Origin: Gemmatimonadaceae bacterium
Lineage (GTDB): Bacteria; Latescibacterota; UBA2968; UBA8231
Length of the DNA stretch: 64,000 nucleotides
NCBI GenBank assembly: GCA_026706075.1
Contig: JAPOZM010000040.1
Coordinates: forward strand, 72,723 to 136,722
Reading direction: 5' to 3'
Below are positions 55,382-64,000 of the stretch, piece after piece. Both the position numbers and the translations under genes were made by a program. The stretch's first letter is position 1, and every line of letters starts with the position of its first letter. The notes below the pieces were generated by a model. That model did not search any database and was not told where the DNA came from. It worked only from the letters and a program-made list of their open reading frames with translations.

Positions 55382-55603
55382 TCAGCCCCGCGCTTGGTCG
55401 AGGTACTCGTCGACTCCAGGCCCGGTCGGAAGGCGGCCACGGCCCCTCCACTTGCGGAAGACGTCCTCGGGCTGAACCTTGCGCGCCACGAGGACTCCGT
55501 CCCTGGCCTCGCAGTCCAGGACCGTGCCCGTCCTGAGCCCGAGCTGGTCGCGGCAGGCCTTGGGAATCGTCACTACTCCTCTACGGCCAAGGGTTGCCTT
55601 CAT
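55382..55603 (-). CDS. AbrB/MazE/SpoVT family DNA-binding protein (antitoxin-like, no adjacent toxin)
   Basis: MKATLGRRGVVTIPKACRDQLGLRTGTVLDCEARDGVLVARK; ATG overlaps the aminotransferase stop and follows GGGGG/GGAG. Confidence 0.8.
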   Translation of the reverse strand: MKATLGRRGVVTIPKACRDQLGLRTGTVLDCEARDGVLVARKVQPEDVFRKWRGRGRLPTGPGVDEYLDQARG

Positions 55604-56931
55604 GCGGCCCCCAGCTCCCGCGCCGTCTCCTCCACCGCCTCGGTCACGGCGCGGACCGTGGTCTCCACCTCGTCCTCGTCGACGGTGAAGGGCGGGCTGA
55701 TGGCGATGTGGTCGCCGCGGACCCCGTCCACCAGCCCCGGGGCGCCGGGCATGATCAGCACGCCCCGGTCGAAGACGCGGTCGACGACGGCGGCGGTGAT
55801 GCCCCGCTCCGTCGGGAAGGGCTCCCGTGTCTGTTTGTCGGCGACGAACTCCACCCCGGTGAGCAGCCCCTTGCCGCGCACGGCTCCGACGATGGGGTTG
55901 TCCAGCAGGGGCTCGAGGCGCTCCAGCATGAGGTCGCCCATGCGGCGGCAGCGGTCCACGAGGTCGTGGGCGGCGACGTAGTCCTGCACGGCCAGGGCCA
56001 CGGCGCAGGAGAGGGGGTTGCCGCCGTAGGTGTGGCCGTGGACGTAGTGGTCCTGCCTCTCGTAGATGGCGTCGTAGATGCCGTCGCTCACGACGGTGGC
56101 GGCGATCGGGGTGTAGCCGCTGCTCAGTCCCTTGCCGGTGGCCAGGATGTCGGGCACCACGTCGAAATGCTGGAAGCCGAAGTCGACGCCCGTGCGGCCG
56201 AAGCCGGTGACCACCTCGTCGGCGATCATGAGCACGTCGTGGCGGTCGCAGATCTCGCGGATGGTGCGGAAGTAGTCGGGCGGCGGCGTCAGTCCGGCGC
56301 AGGAGGTGCCGAGGATCGGCTCGGCGATGAAGGCGGCGATCGTCTCGGCCCCCTCCTGAAGGATGACCCGCTCCAGGTCCTCGGCGCAGGTCAGGGCGCA
56401 CTCGTCGCGGCAGTATGGGCAGCGGTACGGGTAGCAGGGGCGGATGTGGGGGAAGTCGAGCAGGTAGGGGGCGTAGTCGCGGCGCCACGGCGACCGCCCC
56501 GACATGGAGAGGGCGCCCACGGTGTTGCCGTGCCAGCTCTGCCAGCGGGAGACGACCTTGTGCTTGCCCGGGTTGCCGGTCTCGAGGTGGTACTTGCGGG
56601 CGATCTTCATGGCCGACTCGGTCGCCTCCGAGCCGCCGGAGACGAAGAACACGCGGTTCAGGTCGCCCGGGGTCAGGGCGGCGATGCGGTCGGCCAGATC
56701 GACCTGCGGCTCGGTGAGGAAGCGCGAGTAGGTGAAGGCGACCTTGCGGGCCTGGGCCTGCATTGCTTCGGCGATCTCGGGGACCCCGTGGCCGATGCTG
56801 ACCACGTGGACCCCGGCGCAGGCGTCGAGCCAGGCGCGGCCGTCGTCGCCGTAGAGCCAGCAGCCCTCGCCGCGGGTGACGTGGAGCCAGCGGTCCTTGC
56901 GGACGCGGTGGAAGAGGCGGTCGCCGGCCAC
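55600..56931 (-). CDS. Class III PLP-dependent aminotransferase
   Basis: GEGCWL, SGGSEATESA.K, SWHGNT.GALS, AFIAEPI, LMIADEVVTGFGRTG, TGKGLSSGY and HGHTYGGNP. Confidence 0.92.
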   Translation of the reverse strand: MAGDRLFHRVRKDRWLHVTRGEGCWLYGDDGRAWLDACAGVHVVSIGHGVPEIAEAMQAQARKVAFTYSRFLTEPQVDLADRIAALTPGDLNRVFFVSGGSEATESAMKIARKYHLETGNPGKHKVVSRWQSWHGNTVGALSMSGRSPWRRDYAPYLLDFPHIRPCYPYRCPYCRDECALTCAEDLERVILQEGAETIAAFIAEPILGTSCAGLTPPPDYFRTIREICDRHDVLMIADEVVTGFGRTGVDFGFQHFDVVPDILATGKGLSSGYTPIAATVVSDGIYDAIYERQDHYVHGHTYGGNPLSCAVALAVQDYVAAHDLVDRCRRMGDLMLERLEPLLDNPIVGAVRGKGLLTGVEFVADKQTREPFPTERGITAAVVDRVFDRGVLIMPGAPGLVDGVRGDHIAISPPFTVDEDEVETTVRAVTEAVEETARELGAA

Positions 56932-56933
56932 GG

Positions 56934-57668
56934 CTAGTCCAGCAGGCCGGCGCGCAGCCGCGCAACCTCCTCCGCGGTCAGGCCGATGGAGAGCACGTAG
57001 GGCTCGATCCCGCCGTACCGGTTGTTCAGGTGGTCCAGGGCGATCTCCATGCCCCTCCGGGGCGAGGCGTCCTGCTGGTACTCCTCCGCGGTCCGGGGGT
57101 CGCCCTCCTCCAGGCGGTGCACCAGGAAGAGCCCGCTGAGGCTGTAGTCCTCGGCGATCACCTCGTCGGGCACCCCGGCCAGGCCGAGGAGCAGGGCGGC
57201 GGTGACGCCGGTGCGGTCCTTGCCGCCGGCGCAGTTGAACAGGGCGGGCACGGCCCCGGGCGCGGCCAGGGTGCGCAGGATGTCGAGCACCTGGCCGCGG
57301 CGCTCATCGAGCCACTGGCAGTAGATGTCGCCGAACCACTCGGCGCCTTCGAGGGGCCGGGAAGCCTCGACGGGCTCCTCCCCGATGAAGTCCACGTGGT
57401 GATAGGCGACCTCCTCCGAGCCGGCGAAGACGCTGGGGTTCTCGGCCAGGTCGCTGCCGCGCCGCAGGTCCAGGACGGTGCGCAGCCCCAGGCCCACCAG
57501 CTCCTCGCGGGCCGGTTCGGCGAGTATGTGGAGCTTGTCGGCGCGAAGGAAGCGGCGCCACCGGGTGGTGCGGCCGTCGGCCGTCGGGTAGCCGCCGAGA
57601 TCGCGGACGTTCATGGTGCCTTCGAGAGCGAGGTGCCGGCGCGGGTCCAGAGCGGTCAGATCGTGCAC
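56934..57668 (-). CDS. Tyrosine/dual-specificity phosphatase family (Y_phosphatase3, MptpB/LipA-like), copy 2
   Basis: GTG at 57668; NVRDLGGY, DLR, FNCAGGKDRTG (CX5R) and IAEDY.LS. Confidence 0.88.
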   Translation of the reverse strand: MHDLTALDPRRHLALEGTMNVRDLGGYPTADGRTTRWRRFLRADKLHILAEPAREELVGLGLRTVLDLRRGSDLAENPSVFAGSEEVAYHHVDFIGEEPVEASRPLEGAEWFGDIYCQWLDERRGQVLDILRTLAAPGAVPALFNCAGGKDRTGVTAALLLGLAGVPDEVIAEDYSLSGLFLVHRLEEGDPRTAEEYQQDASPRRGMEIALDHLNNRYGGIEPYVLSIGLTAEEVARLRAGLLD

Positions 57669-57670
57669 GG

Positions 57671-58411
57671 TCAGTCCAGCAGGCCGGCGCGAAGCCGCGC
57701 AACCTCCTCCGCGGTCAGACCGATGGTGCGCACGAAGGGCTCGCTGCCGCCGTACTTGCCGTTCAGGTGCTCGAGGACGATCTCCATGGCCCTCCGGGGC
57801 GAGGCCTGCTCCTGGTACTCCTCCGCGGTCCGGGGGTCGTCCTCCTCCAGGCGGTGGACGAGGAACCAGCCGCTGAGACCGTAGTCCTCGGCGATCACGT
57901 CGTCGGGCACCCCGGCCAGGCCGAGGAGCAGGGCGGCGGTGACGCCGGTGCGGTCCTTGCCGGCGGCGCAGTTGAACAGGGCGGGCACGGCCCCGGGCGC
58001 GGCCAGGGCGCGCAAGGTGTCGCGCACCGCGTCGCGGCGCACCTCGAGCCACTGGCAGTAGATGTCGCCGGTCCGCTCGGCGCCTTCGAGAAGCGGTTGG
58101 GAGGGGTCGATGGGGCTCTCGCCGACGTAGTCCACCTGGCGGTAGTGGACCCCCTCCGTGGTAGCAAAGACACTGGGCCGCTCGGCCAGCTCCCTGTCCC
58201 TCCTCAGGTCGACCACGGTGCGCAGCCCCAGGTCCAGCAGCTCGTCGCGGGCGGAATCCGCGAGCTGGTGGAGACCGTCGGCGCGCAGGAAGCGGCGCCA
58301 CTGCGTGGTGCGGCCGTCGGCCGTGTCGTAGCCGCCGAGATCGCGGACGTTCAGGGTGCCTTCGAGAGGCAGGTGCCGGCGTGGATCCATGGGAGCGGTC
58401 GTGTCCTTCAT
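57671..58411 (-). CDS. Tyrosine/dual-specificity phosphatase family (Y_phosphatase3), copy 1
   Basis: NVRDLGGY, FNCAAGKDRTG and IAEDYGLS; near-duplicate of 56934-57668. Confidence 0.88.
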   Translation of the reverse strand: MKDTTAPMDPRRHLPLEGTLNVRDLGGYDTADGRTTQWRRFLRADGLHQLADSARDELLDLGLRTVVDLRRDRELAERPSVFATTEGVHYRQVDYVGESPIDPSQPLLEGAERTGDIYCQWLEVRRDAVRDTLRALAAPGAVPALFNCAAGKDRTGVTAALLLGLAGVPDDVIAEDYGLSGWFLVHRLEEDDPRTAEEYQEQASPRRAMEIVLEHLNGKYGGSEPFVRTIGLTAEEVARLRAGLLD

Positions 58412-59490
58412 GAGGAGTGGGGGAAGAGGGGCATGGTGCGCGCCTCCTCGACGCTCTGCTCGCGGCCGGAGTTGTCGCCGCCGAGCCAGCGGTAGCGGGT
58501 CGGGTAGAGGGTGAGGGAGCGGTCCTGCAAGGGCAGGGAGACCGGGACGGCGTTGCGCAGGGCGGACTCCCGGGCGGCGATGGCGACCTCGAGGGACTGG
58601 AGCAGGTCGCGGCCGGAGATGCGCAGCTCGCCGCCGTGGCGGACGACGTCGATGAAAGAGCGGATCGAGGTGCCCAGGTAGGTGAAGCGCGGGTACTCGA
58701 TGGGCTTGTACGGGCGCTCGACGCGGATGCGGGCGCCGGAAGCGTCGAAGCCCTGCCAGATCTCCGGCAGCGCCCAGCTCCAGCGCACGAGGGCGTCGTC
58801 GGTCCAGGCGTCGACGCCGCGGCAGGGCTCACGGGAGCTGAAGACGGGGCACTCGATGCCGCTGCTGAGGCGGAAGAGGCCGTTGATGGCGAGGTCCTTG
58901 TCGTTGCCGGACTCCAGGGCCTCCCGGGGCGAGCCCCAGGCGGTGACCTCGGCCACCTCGGCGCCGGTGAACAGGCGCATCACGGCGATCTGCTGGCAGC
59001 CGCCGCCGGAGATCTCGGTGCTCAGGGAGTGGACGGCGGCGCCCCGCAGCTCGCCGAATTCCCCGGCCCGCAGCCAGGCGGCGGCCTCCTGCACCTCGCT
59101 CATGGCGCGCACCAGGTTGCCGCCGGCGAAGACGACTCCCCGGGACTCGCAGGCCTCGATCATGGCGTCCACGTCGGACAGCCGGGCGCCGATCGGCTTG
59201 TCGGTGGAGACCCCGCGCACGCCGGCCTCGGCGCTGGCGGTGACGGCCTCCTGGATGAACTTGGCGGGCAGGACCACGGCGGCCAGATCCGGGGTCATGC
59301 GGCGGTAGAGCTCCTCCACGTCGGCGAACAGGCCGTCGACGCCGAAGCGCTCGCCCACGGCCTGGCGGCGCCCCGGGTTGGGCTCGACGAGGGCCACGAC
59401 CTCGGTGTCGGGGAGGGTGTTGTATACCTCGATGTAGTGCTGGCCCAGGCGGCCGCACCCGATGATTGCGACGGTCAGCTTGTCAGTCAT
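58408..59490 (-). CDS. Gfo/Idh/MocA family oxidoreductase
   Basis: VAIIGCGRLG; TDKPI (variant of EKP). Confidence 0.85.
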   Translation of the reverse strand: MTDKLTVAIIGCGRLGQHYIEVYNTLPDTEVVALVEPNPGRRQAVGERFGVDGLFADVEELYRRMTPDLAAVVLPAKFIQEAVTASAEAGVRGVSTDKPIGARLSDVDAMIEACESRGVVFAGGNLVRAMSEVQEAAAWLRAGEFGELRGAAVHSLSTEISGGGCQQIAVMRLFTGAEVAEVTAWGSPREALESGNDKDLAINGLFRLSSGIECPVFSSREPCRGVDAWTDDALVRWSWALPEIWQGFDASGARIRVERPYKPIEYPRFTYLGTSIRSFIDVVRHGGELRISGRDLLQSLEVAIAARESALRNAVPVSLPLQDRSLTLYPTRYRWLGGDNSGREQSVEEARTMPLFPHSS

Positions 59491-59719
59491 GGGCGGCTAA
59501 TGTGGGCCACGGCGGGGGCTGCCGCCAGTCGCCGACCGCCCGGCCTCGGGAGCCTGCCCCGGCCGGCGGCCGTCTGCGGGGTTTTCCGCGAGTCCCGCCC
59601 CGGGCCGGTGGCCGCGGAGGACCTCCCCCTGGCCGGCGGCGATCCTGCGGGGGCTTGGGGAGTTCCTGCCCCCGGGCCAGCCGGAGCCGTATACTTCGCG
59701 CCCTCCAAGGAGGACCTCC

Positions 59720-60349
59720 ATGCTGACGATCGACGGAAAGCAGGTCTGCGAGAGCCTGGCGGAGGTGATCGACCCGTCCAGGGCGGCCCTGGCCGTGATC
59801 GACATCGAGAACGTCCCCCGGTGGGACCAGGGTCCGGACCGGGTCATCTTCGACAAGGTGAAGCTCCTCACCGCCGCGGCCCGGGGCCGCGGGGTACCCG
59901 TGTTCTTCTTCTACAACCACCGCAACCGAGGCCTCACCGACGCCTCCGCCGCGGTGATCCGCACCTGGCTCAACCTGGGCCACCGCCCCGACCGCTTCCA
60001 CGAGGATTTCGAGCCGGACTACGACAAGGTGCGGGTCCACCCCGGCCTGGAGCCCCGGGAGGGCGACCACGTCCTGCCCAAGCACCGCGGCTGCGCCTTC
60101 GAGGGCACCGACTTCGACCTCATGCTGCGCACCCTGCGGCGGGAGAGCGTCGTCCTCGTGGGCTGCTCCACCGACTGGTGCCTGGAGGCGACCGCCTGGA
60201 GCGCCACCAACAAGGACTACTACGTCGCCGTCGTGGAGGACTGCACGCGGTCCCCGCGCCCGCACGGCCACGAGGCGGCCCTGCGCCAGTTCCGGGACCT
60301 CGGGCTGGACCTGACGACGTCGGAGGAGTTGCTGGAGCTGTGGGGGTAG
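59720..60349 (+). CDS. Isochorismatase / cysteine hydrolase family protein
   Basis: AAGGAGG RBS; ALAVIDIEN, K.R..AFEGTDFDLMLR, GCSTDWC and VVEDC. Confidence 0.88.
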   Translation: MLTIDGKQVCESLAEVIDPSRAALAVIDIENVPRWDQGPDRVIFDKVKLLTAAARGRGVPVFFFYNHRNRGLTDASAAVIRTWLNLGHRPDRFHEDFEPDYDKVRVHPGLEPREGDHVLPKHRGCAFEGTDFDLMLRTLRRESVVLVGCSTDWCLEATAWSATNKDYYVAVVEDCTRSPRPHGHEAALRQFRDLGLDLTTSEELLELWG

Positions 60350-60375
60350 GGTGGGATGGAGACGCACGAGCCTTA

Positions 60376-60468
60376 CTACTAATTGTAATCGAAATAGTAG
60401 GAAATTAGTCCTTGATGAAGAGCACGGGACTCCTGTAAATTTCCTACTAATTGATTCTATTTTAGTAG
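60376..60468. promoter_or_regulatory. Two CTACTA-N13-TAGTAG palindromic boxes (putative operators) in an AT-rich patch upstream of fic
   Basis: Box 1 at 60376-60400 and box 2 at 60444-60468. TAGTAGGAAATT and AATTTCCTACTA are also perfect 12-bp inverted copies of each other. Confidence 0.65.
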
Positions 60469-60483
60469 AAATCTCTGGCGACC

Positions 60484-61827
60484 GTGAGGATACCACAAGA
60501 GCCACCCCTCCTGCAGGAGATTCTGGGCCGCTACATCGATCAGGGCAGGTCCGACCGCCTGGCCGAAGTGATCCGAATGGGCGTGGGGCCTACCGCCGGG
60601 GGGCGCTACAGACACTGGGACGAGTTGCGCCACCTTCCGCCCCCGGAAGGGCTGACGTTGGAAGAGTGGTGGACAGGGCTCAAGTTCGCTCGCTCCCAGA
60701 CCGGGCGGGAGATCCCTCTCCAGGACCGGGACGGGGAGCCTTTCAGTTTCTCGACACCTGATCCGGTCCTGAAGAGGCTGCACGAGATCGACCGCGATGC
60801 CAGCGGGCGGATCGAGCTGCCCGAGGCGATCGCGAACCCCCAGACCAAGGACCGATACGTCCAGAGCTCCCTGATCGAGGAAGCCGTCACGTCCAGCCAA
60901 CTGGAAGGGGCCGTGGCAACTCGCGAGCAGGCGAAGGAGATGATCCGCTCCGGCCGCCGGCCGGTGGACCGAAGCGAGCGGATGATCCTGAACAACTACA
61001 ACGCCATGCAACTCATCGGGCAGTTCAAGGACCAGCCCCTCTCGCCGGAGATCGTCTATCGGATCCACCAAAGGATCACACGAGAGACGCTTCCCTCCGA
61101 CGCCCGGGCGCCCTACCTGCGCCAGCCGGGCGACGGCATCGCGGTCTACGACGAGCGGGACAACACGCTGCTCCACCTACCGCCTCAGGCCGAGGAGATT
61201 CCCGGCCGCCTGCAGGCGATGTGCGACTTCGCCAATCGTGACCTGTCCGACGCCTTCCTGCATCCTGTCGTCAAAGCCATCCTTCTCCACTTCTGGCTGG
61301 CCTACGACCATCCGTTCATCGACGGCAACGGCCGCACGGCGCGGGCCTTGTTCTACTGGTCGATGCTCTCCCAGGGCTACTGGCTGGCCGAGTTCGTGTC
61401 GATCTCCGGAATTCTGCGCAAGGCTCCAGCGAAGTACGCCCGGTCTTTTCTCTACGCGGAGACCGACGAGAACGACGTCACCTACTTCATCGACGCTCAG
61501 CTGGATGTCCTTCGAAGGGCGATCGATGAACTCCATCGCTACCTGAGGAGAAAACTCACGGAAGTCCGCAGGACCGAGCAGCTCCTGCGGGGATCCGTTA
61601 CGCTCAACCACCGCCAGATCGCTCTTCTGAGTCACTCCCTCCGGCATCCCGGGACTCGATACTCCATCGCGTCTCACAGGACGAGTCACGGTGTGACCTA
61701 CCAGACGGCACGCACGGACCTGCTGGACCTGGAGGCGAGGGACCTGCTCGTAAGGTCGCGCTCTGGGAAGATGTTTCTCTTCACGCCCGTCCCGGACCTG
61801 GACGAGCGTCTGCGCGAGCTCACATAG
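60484..61827 (+). CDS. Fic family protein with C-terminal HTH
   Basis: HPFIDGNGRTAR Fic motif; N-terminal SSQLEG inhibitory-type motif; C-terminal GVTYQTARTDLLDL wHTH. Confidence 0.92.
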   Translation: MRIPQEPPLLQEILGRYIDQGRSDRLAEVIRMGVGPTAGGRYRHWDELRHLPPPEGLTLEEWWTGLKFARSQTGREIPLQDRDGEPFSFSTPDPVLKRLHEIDRDASGRIELPEAIANPQTKDRYVQSSLIEEAVTSSQLEGAVATREQAKEMIRSGRRPVDRSERMILNNYNAMQLIGQFKDQPLSPEIVYRIHQRITRETLPSDARAPYLRQPGDGIAVYDERDNTLLHLPPQAEEIPGRLQAMCDFANRDLSDAFLHPVVKAILLHFWLAYDHPFIDGNGRTARALFYWSMLSQGYWLAEFVSISGILRKAPAKYARSFLYAETDENDVTYFIDAQLDVLRRAIDELHRYLRRKLTEVRRTEQLLRGSVTLNHRQIALLSHSLRHPGTRYSIASHRTSHGVTYQTARTDLLDLEARDLLVRSRSGKMFLFTPVPDLDERLRELT

Positions 61828-61850
61828 GAACCAAGAAGGAGTAGATCCCC

Positions 61851-63053
61851 ATGAGCACAGTCACCATCCGCGACGTGCAGGTCATCGCCACCCAGCCGGG
61901 GGGAGCCCGACTGGTCATCGTCAAGATCCTCACCTCGGAGCCCGGGCTTCACGGCGTCGGGTGCGCCACCTTCACCCAGCGCTTCCGGGCCGTGATCGCC
62001 GCCGTGGAGCGGCACCTGAAGCCGCTGCTCATCGGCCGCGACGTGGACCGCATCGAGGAGATCTTCCAGCTCTCCTGCGTCAACGGCTACTGGCGCAACG
62101 GGCCGGTGCTGAACAACGCCATCTCGGGGGTCGACCAGGCCTTGTGGGACATCAAGGGCAAGCGCGCGGGCATGCCGGTCTACCAGCTTCTCGGGGGCAA
62201 GTGCCGCGAGGCGGCGGCCTGCTACGCCCACGCCGGCGGCGCCACCAAGGAGGAGATCGTCGACTCGATCCGCGCCTTCCAGGAGCAGGGCTACCAGTAC
62301 ATCCGCGTGCAGCAGGGAGGGTACGGCGGCCTGGAGGCGGAGCGGCCGGCGCCCGAGGGCGCCCAGCCGGGGTCCTACTTCGATCCCCGCGGCTACATGC
62401 GCGCCCACCTGGAGGTCTTCGACCATGTGCGCGAGCAGCTCGGGTTCGCGGTGGAGCTGCTCCACGACGTGCACGAGCGGCTGGTCCCGATCGACGCGGT
62501 CGGCTTTGCCAAGGAGATGGAGCGCTTCCGCCTGTTCTTCCTGGAGGACCCGCTGGCGCCGGAGGACCTGGAGTGGTTCCGCAACATCCGCCAGCAGTGC
62601 TCGACGCCGATCGCCATGGGCGAGCTGTTCAACCACCCGCGCGAGTGGCAGCCGCTGATCCAGGACCGGCTCATCGACTTCCTGCGCATGCACGTCTCGC
62701 AGATGGGGGGCCTCACGCCGGCGCGCAACGTGGCCGCCTTCGGAGCGATGTACGGGATCCGCACCGCCTGGCACGGTCCCGGCGACGTCTCCCCCGTGGG
62801 CCACGCCGCCAACCTGCACCTGGACCTGTGGGCGCCGAACTTCGGGGTCCAGGAGTGGTGCCGGTTCGGCGACCGCGTGGCCGAGATCTTCCCGGGCATA
62901 CCCGAGGTGCGGGGCGGCTACATGTATCCCAACGACGGCCCCGGACTCGGGATCGACGTGGACGAGGAGCTGGCGGCGAAGCATCCCTGCACCGACGGCG
63001 TCGAGACCTGGACCCAGACGCGGCTGCCCGACGGCAGTCCGGCGCGGCCGTGA
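61851..63053 (+). CDS. Enolase-superfamily acid-sugar dehydratase (mannonate dehydratase ManD/RspA-like)
   Basis: GCATFTQR, YWRNGPV.NNAISGVD.ALWDIKGK, LLHDVHERL, FFLEDP, MGELFN and WHGPGD.SPVG. Confidence 0.9.
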   Translation: MSTVTIRDVQVIATQPGGARLVIVKILTSEPGLHGVGCATFTQRFRAVIAAVERHLKPLLIGRDVDRIEEIFQLSCVNGYWRNGPVLNNAISGVDQALWDIKGKRAGMPVYQLLGGKCREAAACYAHAGGATKEEIVDSIRAFQEQGYQYIRVQQGGYGGLEAERPAPEGAQPGSYFDPRGYMRAHLEVFDHVREQLGFAVELLHDVHERLVPIDAVGFAKEMERFRLFFLEDPLAPEDLEWFRNIRQQCSTPIAMGELFNHPREWQPLIQDRLIDFLRMHVSQMGGLTPARNVAAFGAMYGIRTAWHGPGDVSPVGHAANLHLDLWAPNFGVQEWCRFGDRVAEIFPGIPEVRGGYMYPNDGPGLGIDVDEELAAKHPCTDGVETWTQTRLPDGSPARP

Positions 63054-64000
63054 GGATCGGCATCGTCGGCTCGGGGGGCATGGCCCGCCGCCGGGGTCTC
63101 GCCTTCGCCGCCCTCGACGGCTGCACCGTGCCGGCGGTGGCGGCGCGCAACCCGGAGACGGGCGCCGCCCTGGCCGGCGAGCTGGGGGCGCGGCAGCTCG
63201 GCGAGTGGGAGCCGCTGGTCGAGGGCGACCTGGTGGACGCGGTCGCCGTGTGCACCCACAACGACAGCCACGGGGCGATCGCCCTGGCGGCGGTGGAGGC
63301 GGGCAAGCCGGTCTTCGTCGAGTATCCGCTGGCGCGGCGGGAGGCCGAGGTGGAGGCGCTGACCCGCGCCGGGCTGGACGGCGGCAGCATCGTGCGGGTG
63401 GCCCACGGCGAGGTGGTCAGCCCCGGGCACCGGGCCCTGCGGGAGGCCGCGGCCGGTCTGGGCGATCTGATGGCGGCGGTCTTCGTGCGCCTCACCCCCG
63501 GCCGCGGGGCCCGCCCCGAGGTGCTCCTCAACCTGCCGGTGTCGGGGCCGCCGGCCCTGTTCTTCGTCTACCAGGTGTACCCGCTGGTCGACCTCTTCGG
63601 CGCCGCCCGCTGGGTGGAGGCCTCGTGCCGCTACGAAGGGCTCGACCCGGCCACGGGGCGCTACCGCCGTTTCCAAAACACGGTCACCGCCGGGCTGGGC
63701 GGCGGCACGGCCACCTGGGTCTGGTCCGGCGGCGTCGAGATCGACGAGGTGGAGCAGTTCGAGCGGCTGGTCATGGCGGGCGGCACCCTGGTCCGCGCCG
63801 GCGGCGCGTGGTCGGTGGCCACGCCCGCGGGGCGGAAGGCGCTGGCGCCGGATGAGGTCCCGGCGGAGTCCCTGGAGCAGCTGTTCCTGCGGGACGTGCG
63901 GGGAGAGGAGACCGGCTGGCGGGCGGACCTGACCACGGCCGCCGACGCGGCGCGGCTGGGCCTGCGGGCCGAGCGGGCCATGGAAGAGCGGGAGCGGAGC
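63050..64000 (+). CDS. Gfo/Idh/MocA family oxidoreductase (runs off the window)
   Basis: Not in the ORF track. GTG at 63050 overlaps the previous stop; MRIGIVGSGGMARRR...DAVAVCTHNDSHG...AGKPVFVEYPLA. Confidence 0.85.
   Translation, partial: MRIGIVGSGGMARRRGLAFAALDGCTVPAVAARNPETGAALAGELGARQLGEWEPLVEGDLVDAVAVCTHNDSHGAIALAAVEAGKPVFVEYPLARREAEVEALTRAGLDGGSIVRVAHGEVVSPGHRALREAAAGLGDLMAAVFVRLTPGRGARPEVLLNLPVSGPPALFFVYQVYPLVDLFGAARWVEASCRYEGLDPATGRYRRFQNTVTAGLGGGTATWVWSGGVEIDEVEQFERLVMAGGTLVRAGGAWSVATPAGRKALAPDEVPAESLEQLFLRDVRGEETGWRADLTTAADAARLGLRAERAMEERERS

Noticed and set aside
59500-59700. GC-rich intergenic palindromic stretches (also ~2485-2520 and ~52345-52500) as a REP family
   Set aside because: I could not align them into a shared consensus, and such stems are expected by chance at this GC content.
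1-64000. CRISPR array, IS/transposase, or reverse transcriptase/DGR explaining the variable NHL cores
   Set aside because: No regularly spaced repeats, transposase, RT or template/variable repeat pair with adenine-specific mismatches was seen.
1-64000. Genome-wide UGA reassignment
   Set aside because: Most genes end in TGA at their expected C-termini. Only two UGAs fall at conserved Cys positions, which fits Sec insertion.

Overview
This is a very GC-rich (roughly 70% by eye) bacterial chromosomal window with about 50 real genes. Most of the long ORFs in the six-frame track are antisense shadows. The gene families (FlgD-Ig/'PNPFTPNGDG' proteins, a 'WGRIK'-tailed protein, a DUF6785-like membrane protein, CRTAC1, and NHL/LRR/PD40 repeat proteins) suggest an FCB-group lineage such as Ca. 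Latescibacterota or Gemmatimonadota; this is inference only. Main contents: (1) the selenocysteine machinery selA-selB-selC, plus two UGA-readthrough selenoprotein genes that the ORF track truncates, a SelW/Rdx protein (CxxU) next to selC and an ArsC-family protein at 6.3-6.6 kb; (2) a candidate undescribed envelope/glycan-uptake system at about 20.8-41.9 kb, made of three paralogous secreted proteins that all end in a T9SS type-B-like domain plus 'VAY', a 907-aa putative outer-membrane partner, a PPIase lipoprotein, a large inner-membrane protein, three signal-less beta-propeller hydrolase paralogs and CBM9-like proteins; (3) an rfbFGH-GT2-membrane protein glycosylation cluster; (4) tandem NHL-FlgD paralogs with conserved ends and divergent cores; (5) a Fic gene preceded by two AT-rich CTACTA-N13-TAGTAG palindromes; (6) assorted carbohydrate and redox catabolic enzymes. 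I saw no CRISPR array, rRNA, transposase or integrase. Family assignments come from motif recognition, not database searches.
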